Positions 9,980 to 19,164 of a stretch of 48,692 bases of DNA are shown piece after piece. Position numbers and translations under genes: made by a program. Every line of letters starts with the position of its first letter. Position 1 is the stretch's first letter. This DNA is from Actinomycetota bacterium (GTDB lineage Bacteria; Actinomycetota; Acidimicrobiia; Acidimicrobiales; VFJN01): the NCBI GenBank assembly GCA_046723645.1, contig JBKOUY010000012.1:1-48692 (forward strand), in the 5' to 3' direction. The notes below the pieces were generated by a model. It worked only from the letters and a program-made list of their open reading frames with translations. It had not been told where the DNA came from and did no database searches.

Positions 9980-11971
9980 GTGGGGCGAGTCCTCCTGGTG
10001 TTCCGCCTCGCGGCGGGGAACCTGCGACGCCGGCCCGCCGAGGCCGGCCTGTTGTTGCTGGCGATCACCGCCGCCACGACCACGCTCACGCTCGGGTTGG
10101 TCCTGCGCGGCGTGACCAACGACCCGTACGAGACCACCCGGGAGGCGACGGCCGGGCCCGACGTCGTCGCGAGCGATGCGGCGGACCCGTACGTCGGCCG
10201 GCCCGCCGACGTCGCCGGCCTTGAGACGCTGGCCCGCGCGCCCGGCGTCACCGACTACAGCGGCCCCTACCCCGTCATCGGGGCGGAGCTCGAGGCGGAC
10301 GGCGCCACCGGCTCGAGGCGGACGCCTCGGGGGGAGGCGATTGGCGGTGGGGCGGGAGTCTGGGCCGTGGGCCGCGATGACGCGGTGGCCTCCGTCGACC
10401 AACCCGAGATAACCCAGGGCGACTGGGTACGCGACGGCGGCGTGGTGGTCGAGGCCGGCTTCGCCGACGCACTCGACGTGGACGAGGGCGACCGGGTGAC
10501 GCTGACGACCCGTGCGTGCACATTCGAGACGCCCACCAGGCCACGGGAGTGCGAGGTCGTGAGCCGCCGCTCCTTCCGAGTCGTCGGGGTGGCGGTCACC
10601 GCCGCCGCCAGGCCTTATCCCGACGTTTGCTTCGCCCAGTACTGCCCCTGGTTTGCCGAGGCCGTCGAAGATGCGCAGTCCGACGGCCCGCCGCCGAGTG
10701 AGCCGGACCAGCCGGTCGACGACGACGCCCTCGCCGCGGAGCCGCCGGTCGAGCCCGGCCTTGTGTGGCTCACCGAGGCGGATGCCCGGGGCCTCGCCCC
10801 AGGAGGGCAACCGGAGTCCTACCTCGTCAACCTGAAGCTGGCCGATCCGACGGACGCGCCGGCATTCGTCGACGCCAACTTCTCGCCGTTGACGGGCACA
10901 CAGGTCCTCGAGTCGTGGCAGGACATCCGGGGCGCGCACGAGGAGGTGGTGCGGGATCAGCAGAGAGTCCTGCAGATCGGCAGCAGGCTCATCGCCCTGC
11001 TCGCCGTGGCCAGCATCGCCGTCCTCGTCGGTGGCCGGATGGCCGACCAGACCCGGCGTGTCGGTCTGCTCAAGGCCGTCGGGGGCACGCCGCGCCTCGT
11101 CGCCGCCGTGCTGCTCGCCGAGTACATCGCCGTGGCCCTGGTCGGGGCGGCGGCCGGACTGGCGGCCGGACGGCTGGCGGCACCCCTGCTCACCGACCCC
11201 GGAGCCAGCCTCGTCGGCAGCGCGGGTGCGCCGTCGCTCACGCTGTCGACGGTCGGAGTCGTCACGGCCGTGGCGCTTGGCGTCGCGGCGGCCGCGACCG
11301 TCGTTCCCGCCGTCCGCGCCGCTCGCATCAGCACCATCGACGCCCTCGCCGACGCGGCCCGCGCCCCCCGGCGCACGCCTTGGCTGATCGCACTGTCGGC
11401 ACGCCTGCCCGTCCCGCTGCTCCTCGGGCTGCGCGTCGCCGCCCGCCGGCCGCGCCGCGTCGTGCTGAACACAGCCAGCATCTTCGTCACCGTCACGGGG
11501 ATCGTCGCGGTGCTGGCCGCTCGCGCGCAGAACGCCCAGGACGCCGAGCTCGTCGGTGGGACCGATCCGGGGACCGTCAAGGCCAACCAGGTCCTGCTGG
11601 TGATCACGGTCACGCTCGTCGCCTTGGCGGCCGTCAACGCCATCTTCGTCACGTGGGCGACCGCCCTCGACGCCAAGCACTCCTCGGCCCTGGCCCGTGC
11701 GCTCGGGGCGAGCCCGCAGCAGGTCAGCACCGGACTTTCGGCCGCCCAGGTGCTTCCCGCACTCGTCGGCGCCGTCCTGGGCATCGCCGGGGGCCTCGCG
11801 CTGTTCGCCGCCGTGGGAGGCGGCGAGGACGGGGTGACGGGCCCGCCGCTCTGGCAGCTGCTCGCCGTGGCACCTGTGACCGTGCTCGTCATCGCGGCGC
11901 TCACGACCGTCCCCGCCCGGCTTGGCGCCCGCCGCCCGGTGGCCGGCACCCTTCGATCCGAGCACGCCTGA
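9980..11971 (+). CDS. ABC transporter permease, FtsX/MacB-like with large extracytoplasmic domain
   Basis: 663 aa; N-terminal TM, ~300-aa hydrophilic domain, C-terminal 4-TM FtsX-like block; 3 nt after ATPase stop. Confidence 0.8.
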   Translation: MGRVLLVFRLAAGNLRRRPAEAGLLLLAITAATTTLTLGLVLRGVTNDPYETTREATAGPDVVASDAADPYVGRPADVAGLETLARAPGVTDYSGPYPVIGAELEADGATGSRRTPRGEAIGGGAGVWAVGRDDAVASVDQPEITQGDWVRDGGVVVEAGFADALDVDEGDRVTLTTRACTFETPTRPRECEVVSRRSFRVVGVAVTAAARPYPDVCFAQYCPWFAEAVEDAQSDGPPPSEPDQPVDDDALAAEPPVEPGLVWLTEADARGLAPGGQPESYLVNLKLADPTDAPAFVDANFSPLTGTQVLESWQDIRGAHEEVVRDQQRVLQIGSRLIALLAVASIAVLVGGRMADQTRRVGLLKAVGGTPRLVAAVLLAEYIAVALVGAAAGLAAGRLAAPLLTDPGASLVGSAGAPSLTLSTVGVVTAVALGVAAAATVVPAVRAARISTIDALADAARAPRRTPWLIALSARLPVPLLLGLRVAARRPRRVVLNTASIFVTVTGIVAVLAARAQNAQDAELVGGTDPGTVKANQVLLVITVTLVALAAVNAIFVTWATALDAKHSSALARALGASPQQVSTGLSAAQVLPALVGAVLGIAGGLALFAAVGGGEDGVTGPPLWQLLAVAPVTVLVIAALTTVPARLGARRPVAGTLRSEHA

Positions 11972-12055
11972 CCCTCGGCAGCGCGCCGTCCGAGTGGCTG
12001 GGCAATGCGCTTGGTGGGGCGGCTCGTAGCGCCACCCCACTAGGCTCCGCCCGGG

Positions 12056-12943
12056 ATGGCGACCAGCCTCGACTGGTACGGCTGCGCAACCTTCGCGCTG
12101 CGCACTGCCGGCCTGACCGTCTTCCTCGACGCGTACATCGACCGCGCCCCGGGCGCCGCCGGCACCGGCCTCACCGCCGACGACGTCGACCGGTGCGACT
12201 GGATCGTCGTCGGGCACTCGCACTTCGACCACCTGTACGGGGCCGAGCGGATCGCCCGCAACACCGGCGCGCGGATCGTCGGCAGCTACGAGACCGTCCG
12301 CGTCATGGAGCAAGCAGGCGTGCCGGTGGATCGGATGATCTGCGTGGCCGGCGGGGAGACGGTCGCGCTGTCCGACGACGTGCGGGTGTCGGCGTACCCC
12401 GGCCAGCACTCGTGCGTATGGTCGCAGGGCCAGATGACGCAGGCCGACGAGATCTGCCTCGGCGACGTCGGCCTCACGTGGCAGGAGCAGCGGGCCCGCT
12501 ACGAGAAGCTGGTCGTCCACCTCGCCGGCCTGGCGCCCTCGTCGCGCGAGCACCTGCTCGGCGCGCAGCAGGGCGACCGGGGCGACGGCGGCGCGCTCGT
12601 CTACGTCTTCGACACGCCCGACGGCCGGCTCCTCTACCAGGACACCTCCGGGCACTGGTCCGCCATCATGCGTGACCTGAGACCCGACGTTGCCATCGTG
12701 GCCGCCGCCGGCCGGGGGAACATCGACGGGGAACCGATCCAGGGTTCGCTGGCCCAGTTCGTGGCCAGGGAGGTCGAGCTGCTCCGGCCACAGCGCGTGG
12801 TCCTCTCACACCACGACAACTGGCTCCCCGGCTTCTCGGTGGACACCGACGTGGGGCCGATCCGCGACGAGCTGGCACGCGTCGCGCCCGGAGTGGAGCT
12901 GATCGACCTCGGCTACCTCGACGGCACCCGGATCCTGCCGTAG
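12056..12943 (+). CDS. MBL-fold metallo-hydrolase
   Basis: 'WIVVGHSHFDHLYG' (HxHxDH motif) and overall beta-lactamase-fold pattern. Confidence 0.8.
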   Translation: MATSLDWYGCATFALRTAGLTVFLDAYIDRAPGAAGTGLTADDVDRCDWIVVGHSHFDHLYGAERIARNTGARIVGSYETVRVMEQAGVPVDRMICVAGGETVALSDDVRVSAYPGQHSCVWSQGQMTQADEICLGDVGLTWQEQRARYEKLVVHLAGLAPSSREHLLGAQQGDRGDGGALVYVFDTPDGRLLYQDTSGHWSAIMRDLRPDVAIVAAAGRGNIDGEPIQGSLAQFVAREVELLRPQRVVLSHHDNWLPGFSVDTDVGPIRDELARVAPGVELIDLGYLDGTRILP

Positions 12944-12950
12944 GCAGCTC

Positions 12951-13439
12951 TCACTGCGAGGTCTGCCGAAGCTCGTCGCCGACGGGGCGCGCTCGCCCGG
13001 GCGGCGACGCCGGCCTCGGTGCCGGTGCCGCGAGCGCAGTCCAGAGCGCGAAGGCGAGCAGCGACACGCCGAGGGCCACGTCGAGGAAGACGAACGTGTT
13101 CTGGAAGGCGCTGAGGTCGCCGATCGCGATGTCCCGGTAGTGCAGGACGCTGATCAGCCCACTGGCCGAGTACGCGCCGATCCATGCCGCCGCCTCCGGT
13201 CGGCGACCCTGGCGGAAGCGCCGGTAGCCGACGATGCCGGCGAGGGTGAAGAGGACCCAGGACACCGGGATCACCCATTGCTTGACGAGCCCGCCGGGGA
13301 ACGACGGATCGGCCACCGTGTAGTCGTCGTACCGCAGGGTGTTGTCGGCGTAGTGCACGAACGACTCCACGATCGCCACCACGAGCAACACGCGCAGCAC
13401 GGCGGTCGGGCGATCGACGTCGGCCGGGGTTGAGCGCAT
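12951..13439 (-). CDS. hypothetical integral membrane protein (4 predicted TM)
   Basis: Hydrophobic segments in translation; ATG 13439 has GAGGAGG 6 nt upstream; longer ORF to 13667 rejected. Confidence 0.55.
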   Translation of the reverse strand: MRSTPADVDRPTAVLRVLLVVAIVESFVHYADNTLRYDDYTVADPSFPGGLVKQWVIPVSWVLFTLAGIVGYRRFRQGRRPEAAAWIGAYSASGLISVLHYRDIAIGDLSAFQNTFVFLDVALGVSLLAFALWTALAAPAPRPASPPGRARPVGDELRQTSQ

Positions 13440-13490
13440 GCGCCACCTCCTCACTATTTGATAGATCGTTCTACTACTAGACTGTGCGCC
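13440..13490. promoter_or_regulatory. AT-rich divergent promoter/operator region between membrane-protein gene and TetR gene
   Basis: 'cactatttgatagatcgttctactactagactgtgcgcc' is conspicuously AT-rich for this genome; contains TAGA-4nt-TCTA inverted repeat. Confidence 0.35.
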
Positions 13491-14075
13491 ATGCCAACCG
13501 GGACCCGCGAACGGATCGTCGACGCAGCCGCCGAGCTCCTTCGGGAGCGGGGCTACGCCGGGACGGGCCTCAAGGCGATCTCGACGCGGGCCCCGGCGCC
13601 GTTCGGATCGCTGTATCACTTCTTCCCCGGCGGCAAGGAGGAGCTGGCGGCGGCCGCGCTCCGCCACGCGGCGGCCGGTTACGCCCGCCAGGTCGATGCC
13701 GTGCTGAACGAGGCGGCAGACGACGTCGTGGCGGCCGTGCGCCTGGGCTTCGATCGCGCCGCCGAGCTGCTCGTCGAGACCGACTACGCCGACGCCTGCC
13801 CGATCGCAACCGTTGCCCTCGAGGTGGCGAGCACCAACGAGCCGCTGCGTGAGGTCGCCGGGAGCATCTTCGAGGGCTGGTTGAGGGGTCTCGAGGCCCG
13901 CTTCGCCGCCGGCGGCCTAGACGCAGATGCCGCGCGCGCCTTCGCCACCCTGTTCCTCGCCGCCCTCGAGGGCGGCTTTCTGCTCAGCCGGAGCGCACGC
14001 GATCCGGCCCCGATGCGAATCCTCGGCCAAACGGTGGGCGACGCCGTCGAGGCGGCACTGGCGGCCGCGGGGTAA
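13491..14075 (+). CDS. TetR/AcrR family transcriptional regulator
   Basis: 'TRERIVDAAAELLRERGYAGTGLKAISTRAPAPFGSLYHFFPGGKEEL' TetR HTH. Confidence 0.85.
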   Translation: MPTGTRERIVDAAAELLRERGYAGTGLKAISTRAPAPFGSLYHFFPGGKEELAAAALRHAAAGYARQVDAVLNEAADDVVAAVRLGFDRAAELLVETDYADACPIATVALEVASTNEPLREVAGSIFEGWLRGLEARFAAGGLDADAARAFATLFLAALEGGFLLSRSARDPAPMRILGQTVGDAVEAALAAAG

Positions 14076-14106
14076 GCGCACGACCGGCCGGGTAATCGGA
14101 ACCAGC

Positions 14107-14976
14107 ATGGAACGAGCCCAGGACCGCACCCCGCCGGATGAGAACGGCGGCAGCACCGGTACCCGCTCCGCGCTGTGGCTGCCGCTCTTCGACGAGCTCG
14201 CCGACCCGGTGACGGTCGCACGCGTGGCCGCCGAGGCGGAGGAGGCCGGCTGGCACGGCGTGTTCGTGTGGGACCAGCTGCGCTGGCCGGCGCCGGTGAC
14301 GCAGGTGGCGGACCCATGGATCTCCCTCGCCGCCGTCGCCACCGCCACGGAACGGGTGCGCCTCGGCCCCATGGTCACCCCCCTGCCCCGCCGCCGACCG
14401 GCCAAGGTCGCCCGGGAGTCGGCGACCCTGGACGGGCTCAGTGGGGGCCGTCTCACCCTGGGCGTGGGAATCGGACTGGATCGCTTCGCCGCCGAGCTGT
14501 CCAAGACCGGCGAGCAGCTCGACGACCGCCTTCGCGGCCAAATGCTGGACGAGTCGCTGCAGATCCTGACGGCCGCGTGGTCCGGTGAGCCCGTCGACCA
14601 CCGCGGCCGGCACTACACGATCGACGGCGTCCAGTTCCTCCCCAGGCCGGTGCAGCGCCCCGGCGTGCCGGTATGGATCGCCGGCTTCCCGGGCAACGTC
14701 AAGCCTGTACGGCGGGCAGCACGCTACGACGGGTTCTTCCCCGCCAACCTCGATCACCCGGACCAGCTGGCCGAGCTCGCGGCGACGATCGCCGAGCTGC
14801 GAAAGGACGACACGGCGGCGTACGACATCGCCGTCGGACTCCCCATCGGGGTCGACCCGGCGCCGTATGCCAAGGCGGGCGCGACGTGGTGGCTGCCCGA
14901 GTTCGCGCCCGAGACGGTGTCCCTCGATGCCGTGCGGGGGGTTCTGCGCGACGGGCCGATGGCGCCCCGGCCATGA
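14107..14976 (+). CDS. LLM-class flavin/F420-dependent oxidoreductase
   Basis: 'LWLPLFDELADPVTVARVAAEAEEAGWHGVFVWDQL...GRLTLGVGIG' luciferase-like pattern. Confidence 0.8.
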   Translation: MERAQDRTPPDENGGSTGTRSALWLPLFDELADPVTVARVAAEAEEAGWHGVFVWDQLRWPAPVTQVADPWISLAAVATATERVRLGPMVTPLPRRRPAKVARESATLDGLSGGRLTLGVGIGLDRFAAELSKTGEQLDDRLRGQMLDESLQILTAAWSGEPVDHRGRHYTIDGVQFLPRPVQRPGVPVWIAGFPGNVKPVRRAARYDGFFPANLDHPDQLAELAATIAELRKDDTAAYDIAVGLPIGVDPAPYAKAGATWWLPEFAPETVSLDAVRGVLRDGPMAPRP

Positions 14977-15755
14977 ACACGATCGGCAACACCGACTTCT
15001 ACGACGCCGAGGTGCACCGGCACAACGTGCAGTTCCGCGCGGCGGCCGCCGTGCGCGCACACGACCGGGTGCTCGACATCGGGTGCGGTGCGGGCCAGTC
15101 GACGCGGGAGGCCGCCCGGGCCACAGTCGACGGGAGCGCCGTGGGGGTCGACGTCTCGGCGGCGGTGCTCGAGCGTGCCCGCCGGCTGAGCCGAGAGGAA
15201 GGACTCGGCAACGTCGCCTTCCAGCTCGGTGACGCCCAGACCCACCCGTTCCCGCCGGCACACTTCGACCTCTGCATCAGCCGCTTCGGCACGATGTTCT
15301 TCGCCGACCCCGTTGCCGCCTTCACCAACATTCGCCGGGCCCTCCGCCCCGGTGCCCGTCTGGTGGTCATGGTCTGGCAGAGCGCCGATCGCAACGAGTG
15401 GTTCACCGCCACCCGTGAGGCCATCGCCGGGTCGAGGACACCGACCGCGTCGGCAAGCGACCTGGAGCCGTTCTCGCTGGCCGATCCCGCCGGCACGCAG
15501 CGCATGCTCACAGCCGCCGGCTTCGCCGGGATCGCCTTCGCCGACATCCGTGAACCCGTGCTCTACGGCCCCGACCCGGCCGCAGCCTGCGACGCCGTGC
15601 TCGGCCTGCGGCACGCCCGCGACCTCCTCGACGGCCTCGACGCGCCCGCGGCCGAGCACGCCCTCGACCGGCTCCGGGGCACGCTCGCCGCCCACGACAC
15701 GGGCAGCGGCGTGTACTTCGACTCGCGCGCCTGGATCGTGACCGCGCGTGCGTGA
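14973..15755 (+). CDS. class I SAM-dependent methyltransferase
   Basis: 'VLDIGCGAGQST' motif I, 'RALRPGARLVVMV' motif; ATGA overlap with upstream LLM. Confidence 0.85.
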   Translation: MNTIGNTDFYDAEVHRHNVQFRAAAAVRAHDRVLDIGCGAGQSTREAARATVDGSAVGVDVSAAVLERARRLSREEGLGNVAFQLGDAQTHPFPPAHFDLCISRFGTMFFADPVAAFTNIRRALRPGARLVVMVWQSADRNEWFTATREAIAGSRTPTASASDLEPFSLADPAGTQRMLTAAGFAGIAFADIREPVLYGPDPAAACDAVLGLRHARDLLDGLDAPAAEHALDRLRGTLAAHDTGSGVYFDSRAWIVTARA

Positions 15756-15941
15756 CCCGCGAGCTCCCGCCGGAGCGACGGCTCGGGCCCGGGAGCGCCG
15801 CGGCTCAAGACGTGAGCGGATCGGCACGTTGTCTGGGCTCTCCGTGGTCAGTGTTGCCCGGAGGCCGAGCTGTGCGGCCCGGGCTAACGCCGCTAATTCC
15901 GTACTGTTCGGTGCCCACCTACGGGCCTATCCGCTCGGCCT

Positions 15942-17534
15942 CTAAGCCGGCGGTGTCGGTGCGACCGGCTCGGTGGACCGGACCACTGGGGTGTCGGGAT
16001 AGGCCTGGACGGCGGCGTGCTCGGCCACGTCGGGCGATACGAAGCTCTTGTGGCTGCGGAGGTCGAGACCGTTGTCGGTGACGCGGTACGCCCAGCGCCA
16101 CCGGCCGTCGGGATCCGGATAGATGACGATCATTGCCCCGTCCTCGCTCGGCGCGAACGCAGCGGGTTCCGCCACGGGGCGCGCCGCCCCGTCACCGCTG
16201 GGTCTGACCACGGCGCGCAGGGGCAGCTCGGCGAATCGCTCGACGCTGCTGGCCTTCAGCGCGGTCATGAGCCGGTAGGTCGCATAGCCGAGGATCAGCG
16301 GGAGCACCGGGACCAGGATGCGGAACGCCCAGCTGACCGTCGCCACCGACGCCGAGAACCGGTGGGCGATCAGGTCGTTGCTGGCAGCCAGCTGCAGCAG
16401 CACGAAGAAGGTGAGGGCGGTGATCCCGAAGGCCGTCCGCACGGGATGGTCTCGGGCCCGTTCGAGCAGGTGATGGGGCCACCGGTCCCCCGTGAACCGC
16501 GCCTCCAGGAACGGCCACAGGTAGAGCGCACCGAAGGTCACGGTCGGCATGAGCACCGCGGGATAGAACGGGTTGGGGATCTCGTAGGACAAGGCGCGGG
16601 TCTCCCACGGCGGGAAGATGCGCAGCGCGCCCTCCAGCCACCCGAGCCACCAGTCGGGCTGCGCCGGCGAGGGCACCTCGGAGACCCGGAAGGGGCCGTA
16701 GACCCACACGGGGTTGACCTGGACGAGCCCGCCCATGGCCATGATCACCGCGGAGACCGCGAAGAACAGGCCCGTCGAGAAGGCGGCGTACGTGGGCCAC
16801 AGCTTGGGGCCAACGACGTTGCTCTCGCGGCGGCCCCGGACCGGGAAGTCGGTGTGCTTCTGCCGCCAGATCAGGGCCAGGTGCACGCTGAGCAGGACGA
16901 CGATGGCGGCGGGCACGAGCAGGATGTGGGTCACGAAGAGGCGGGGAATGATCGCCTCGGCCGGGAACTCGCCCCCGAAGATCAGGAACGCGATCCAGGT
17001 TCCGACCAGCGGCACGGACAGGGCGATCGAGTACGCGATGCGCAGCCCCGTGCCGGACAGCAGGTCGTCCGGCAGGGAGTAGCCCGTGAACCCATTGAAG
17101 AAGGCGAGGATCAGCAGCGTCACCCCGACGATCCAGTTGATCTCGCGGGGGCGCCGGAACGCGCCGGTGAAGAACACGCGCAGCAGGTGGACCACGATGG
17201 CGGCGATGAAGACGATGGCGGCCCAGTGGTGCGCCTGGCGCATGACCAACCCGGCCCGCACGTCGTAGCTGAGCTCGACGACCGACCGGTAGGCCTCCGA
17301 CATCGTGGTGCCCTGCAGGGGCGCGTACGACCCGTTGTACGTGGTCTCGGCGACGCTGGGATCGAAGAAGAACGTCAGGAAGATGCCGGTGATGATGAGG
17401 ACGAGGAACGAGTAGAGCGCGATCTCGCCCAACATGAACGACCAGTGGTCGGGGAAGATCTTGGACAGCGCCGACTCGGCGAAGGCGGAGCCGCCGATCC
17501 TGTCGTCGATCCAGCGGGCCAGTCGCCTGATCAT
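15942..17534 (-). CDS. qcrB: cytochrome bc1 complex cytochrome b subunit
   Basis: 'MIRRLARWIDDRIGGS...AHHWAAIVFIAAIVVHLLRVFFTGAF...' with His ligands in TM helices; C-terminal actinobacterial-type extension; ATG 17534 overlaps qcrA stop (ATGA). Confidence 0.9.
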   Translation of the reverse strand: MIRRLARWIDDRIGGSAFAESALSKIFPDHWSFMLGEIALYSFLVLIITGIFLTFFFDPSVAETTYNGSYAPLQGTTMSEAYRSVVELSYDVRAGLVMRQAHHWAAIVFIAAIVVHLLRVFFTGAFRRPREINWIVGVTLLILAFFNGFTGYSLPDDLLSGTGLRIAYSIALSVPLVGTWIAFLIFGGEFPAEAIIPRLFVTHILLVPAAIVVLLSVHLALIWRQKHTDFPVRGRRESNVVGPKLWPTYAAFSTGLFFAVSAVIMAMGGLVQVNPVWVYGPFRVSEVPSPAQPDWWLGWLEGALRIFPPWETRALSYEIPNPFYPAVLMPTVTFGALYLWPFLEARFTGDRWPHHLLERARDHPVRTAFGITALTFFVLLQLAASNDLIAHRFSASVATVSWAFRILVPVLPLILGYATYRLMTALKASSVERFAELPLRAVVRPSGDGAARPVAEPAAFAPSEDGAMIVIYPDPDGRWRWAYRVTDNGLDLRSHKSFVSPDVAEHAAVQAYPDTPVVRSTEPVAPTPPA

Positions 17535-18361
17535 TCGGGCCGGTTCCAGAATCCGGGGCCCACGGGCTCGGTGTAGTCGGACAGCGAGACGATGAAGCCG
17601 GCCTCGTCGACACCGATCGGGAGCTGGGGCAGGGGACGGGTGGCGGGTCCGAACGTCGGCTCGGCGCCCTCGGGGACCGAGAACGTGGATTGGTGGCAGG
17701 GGCAGAACAGCTCCTGCGTCTCCGCCTGGTACAGGCCGACGGGGCAGCCGGCGTGCGTGCAGATCTTGGAGAACGCCACGACACCGCTCACCGACCAGTC
17801 GCTCGGACCCGGCGGTGTGACGTTGTCGGGCAGGCGGATCAGGAGCGTCTGGGAATCCGCGGCGTCCTCGTGGCCCTCGGGGAACACGGTCACCACGCTG
17901 TCGAGATCGAGGTCGCTGACCTGGAGGGGGCGACCGGAGTCGGTGACGGCGCGCCGGCCCCGGCGCCATTGCGTGCGGAACAGCGTCCGGCCGGGCCGGG
18001 TGCCGAGCGACCGGATCGGGAAAAGTGTGGCGATGCCGAGCAGGCCGAGCGACGCGACGAACGCGATGGCGATGGCCCGCCGCCGCTCGATCGGCTCGGC
18101 GCCGGCCTCGAACGCCGCCTCCACGCCCGGCCGCTCGGCCGTCGCGTGCGGCACCACATCGCGCGCCTCCACGAACTGGTCGCCGGGCAGCATGTGGTGG
18201 CCGAAGAGCACGAGGCCGATCGCGATGCCACCGAGGGAGACCCCGAGCAGCGCGCCCTCGATCTGCGGGTCGCCGCCGAGCGCGTAGACGACGGTGAGGC
18301 CGATCGACGCCAGCATGCTGGCTCCGATGGCGGCCAGGATGCGACCGCGGGCGCCGTTCAT
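17531..18361 (-). CDS. qcrA: cytochrome bc1 Rieske iron-sulfur subunit
   Basis: Rieske boxes 'CTHAGCP' and 'CPCHQS'; three N-terminal TM helices; ATG 18361 with GCGAGGA RBS. Confidence 0.9.
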   Translation of the reverse strand: MNGARGRILAAIGASMLASIGLTVVYALGGDPQIEGALLGVSLGGIAIGLVLFGHHMLPGDQFVEARDVVPHATAERPGVEAAFEAGAEPIERRRAIAIAFVASLGLLGIATLFPIRSLGTRPGRTLFRTQWRRGRRAVTDSGRPLQVSDLDLDSVVTVFPEGHEDAADSQTLLIRLPDNVTPPGPSDWSVSGVVAFSKICTHAGCPVGLYQAETQELFCPCHQSTFSVPEGAEPTFGPATRPLPQLPIGVDEAGFIVSLSDYTEPVGPGFWNRPE

Positions 18362-19164
18362 CGCCGCTGTCCTCGCTTGGTTCCGACCCACCGGATGAAG
18401 AGGACCAGGCTTCCGAGCCCCAGGGCCCAGCCGACCGCGCCCTCGGCCACCGGGCCGATCCTGCCGATCGGTGCGCCGCCGCGGTCGTCGGGGCTCTTCA
18501 GGTACTCGACGTAGCGGGCGGTCGCGTCGAGCCCGTCGGCGTTGATGACTCCTGGGCCGAACACCGGCATGGCGCCCGGGCCGGTCCGCACGGCCTCCCC
18601 CACCTCTCTCGGGTTGGTGGAGTGCAGGCTCGGGATGACAATGCCGGCGGTCTCGCCGCCGCGTTGGGCGAGCATTGCGCCTCCGATCCCGGTGGTGGCG
18701 TGACAGGCGGCGCAGTGCTCCTGGTACAGGTCCCGGCCCTCGGGCAGGCTGCCGGCTGCGGCGTCGACCACCGGGATCCCCGGGCCCTGCTGGTCGAACG
18801 CCTCGTCGATGTAGCCGACCAACGCGACGATCTCATCGTCGTCATAGGGCGTGTCGCGGGGCCTCACCCGCTCGTCTCGTTCCCCGATCGGCATCCGCCC
18901 CGTGCGCAGCATGAAGTCGGTCAGCGCCGGACCGTTCTCGCCCGTCACCAGGTCGGGGCCGTTGGACGTGCCCCCACCCTCGTCGCCGTGGCAGAACGAG
19001 CAGTCGCGTTGGTAGAGGCGCTGCCCGAGGGCGAGCGCCTCGGCGTCCGGGGGCGTGTAGGAAGCGGGCGGCCGGTAGGGCTCAGGTTGCTCGAAGTAGG
19101 AGCACGCCCCCGCGACCAGGGCGGGCAGGAGCGTCACCAGGAGGGCTGCCCGCGTCGCCTTCAT
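18358..19164 (-). CDS. qcrC: diheme cytochrome c subunit of bc1 complex
   Basis: Two CxxCH ('CSFCHG','CAACHA'), signal/lipobox 'LVAGAC', C-terminal TM anchor; ATG 19164. Confidence 0.9.
   Translation of the reverse strand: MKATRAALLVTLLPALVAGACSYFEQPEPYRPPASYTPPDAEALALGQRLYQRDCSFCHGDEGGGTSNGPDLVTGENGPALTDFMLRTGRMPIGERDERVRPRDTPYDDDEIVALVGYIDEAFDQQGPGIPVVDAAAGSLPEGRDLYQEHCAACHATTGIGGAMLAQRGGETAGIVIPSLHSTNPREVGEAVRTGPGAMPVFGPGVINADGLDATARYVEYLKSPDDRGGAPIGRIGPVAEGAVGWALGLGSLVLFIRWVGTKRGQRR

Noticed and set aside
12013-12040. Hairpin 'ggtggggcg gctcgtag cgccaccccac' after the ABC permease gene as an intrinsic terminator
   Set aside because: The stem is imperfect with 2 mismatches in 9, and there is no U-tract. 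It is too weak to call.
8933-12655. 1240-aa minus-strand ORF
   Set aside because: It is antisense to the PadR-ABC transporter genes and MBL hydrolase. It is low-complexity Arg/Gly/Asp-rich, whereas the sense-strand genes have clear Walker and HTH motifs.
15756-15941. 186-bp gap between convergent methyltransferase and qcrB as a site for an ncRNA or terminator
   Set aside because: Only weak interrupted inverted repeats were found (for example gctcccg...cgggagc with a 20-nt loop). There is nothing convincing.
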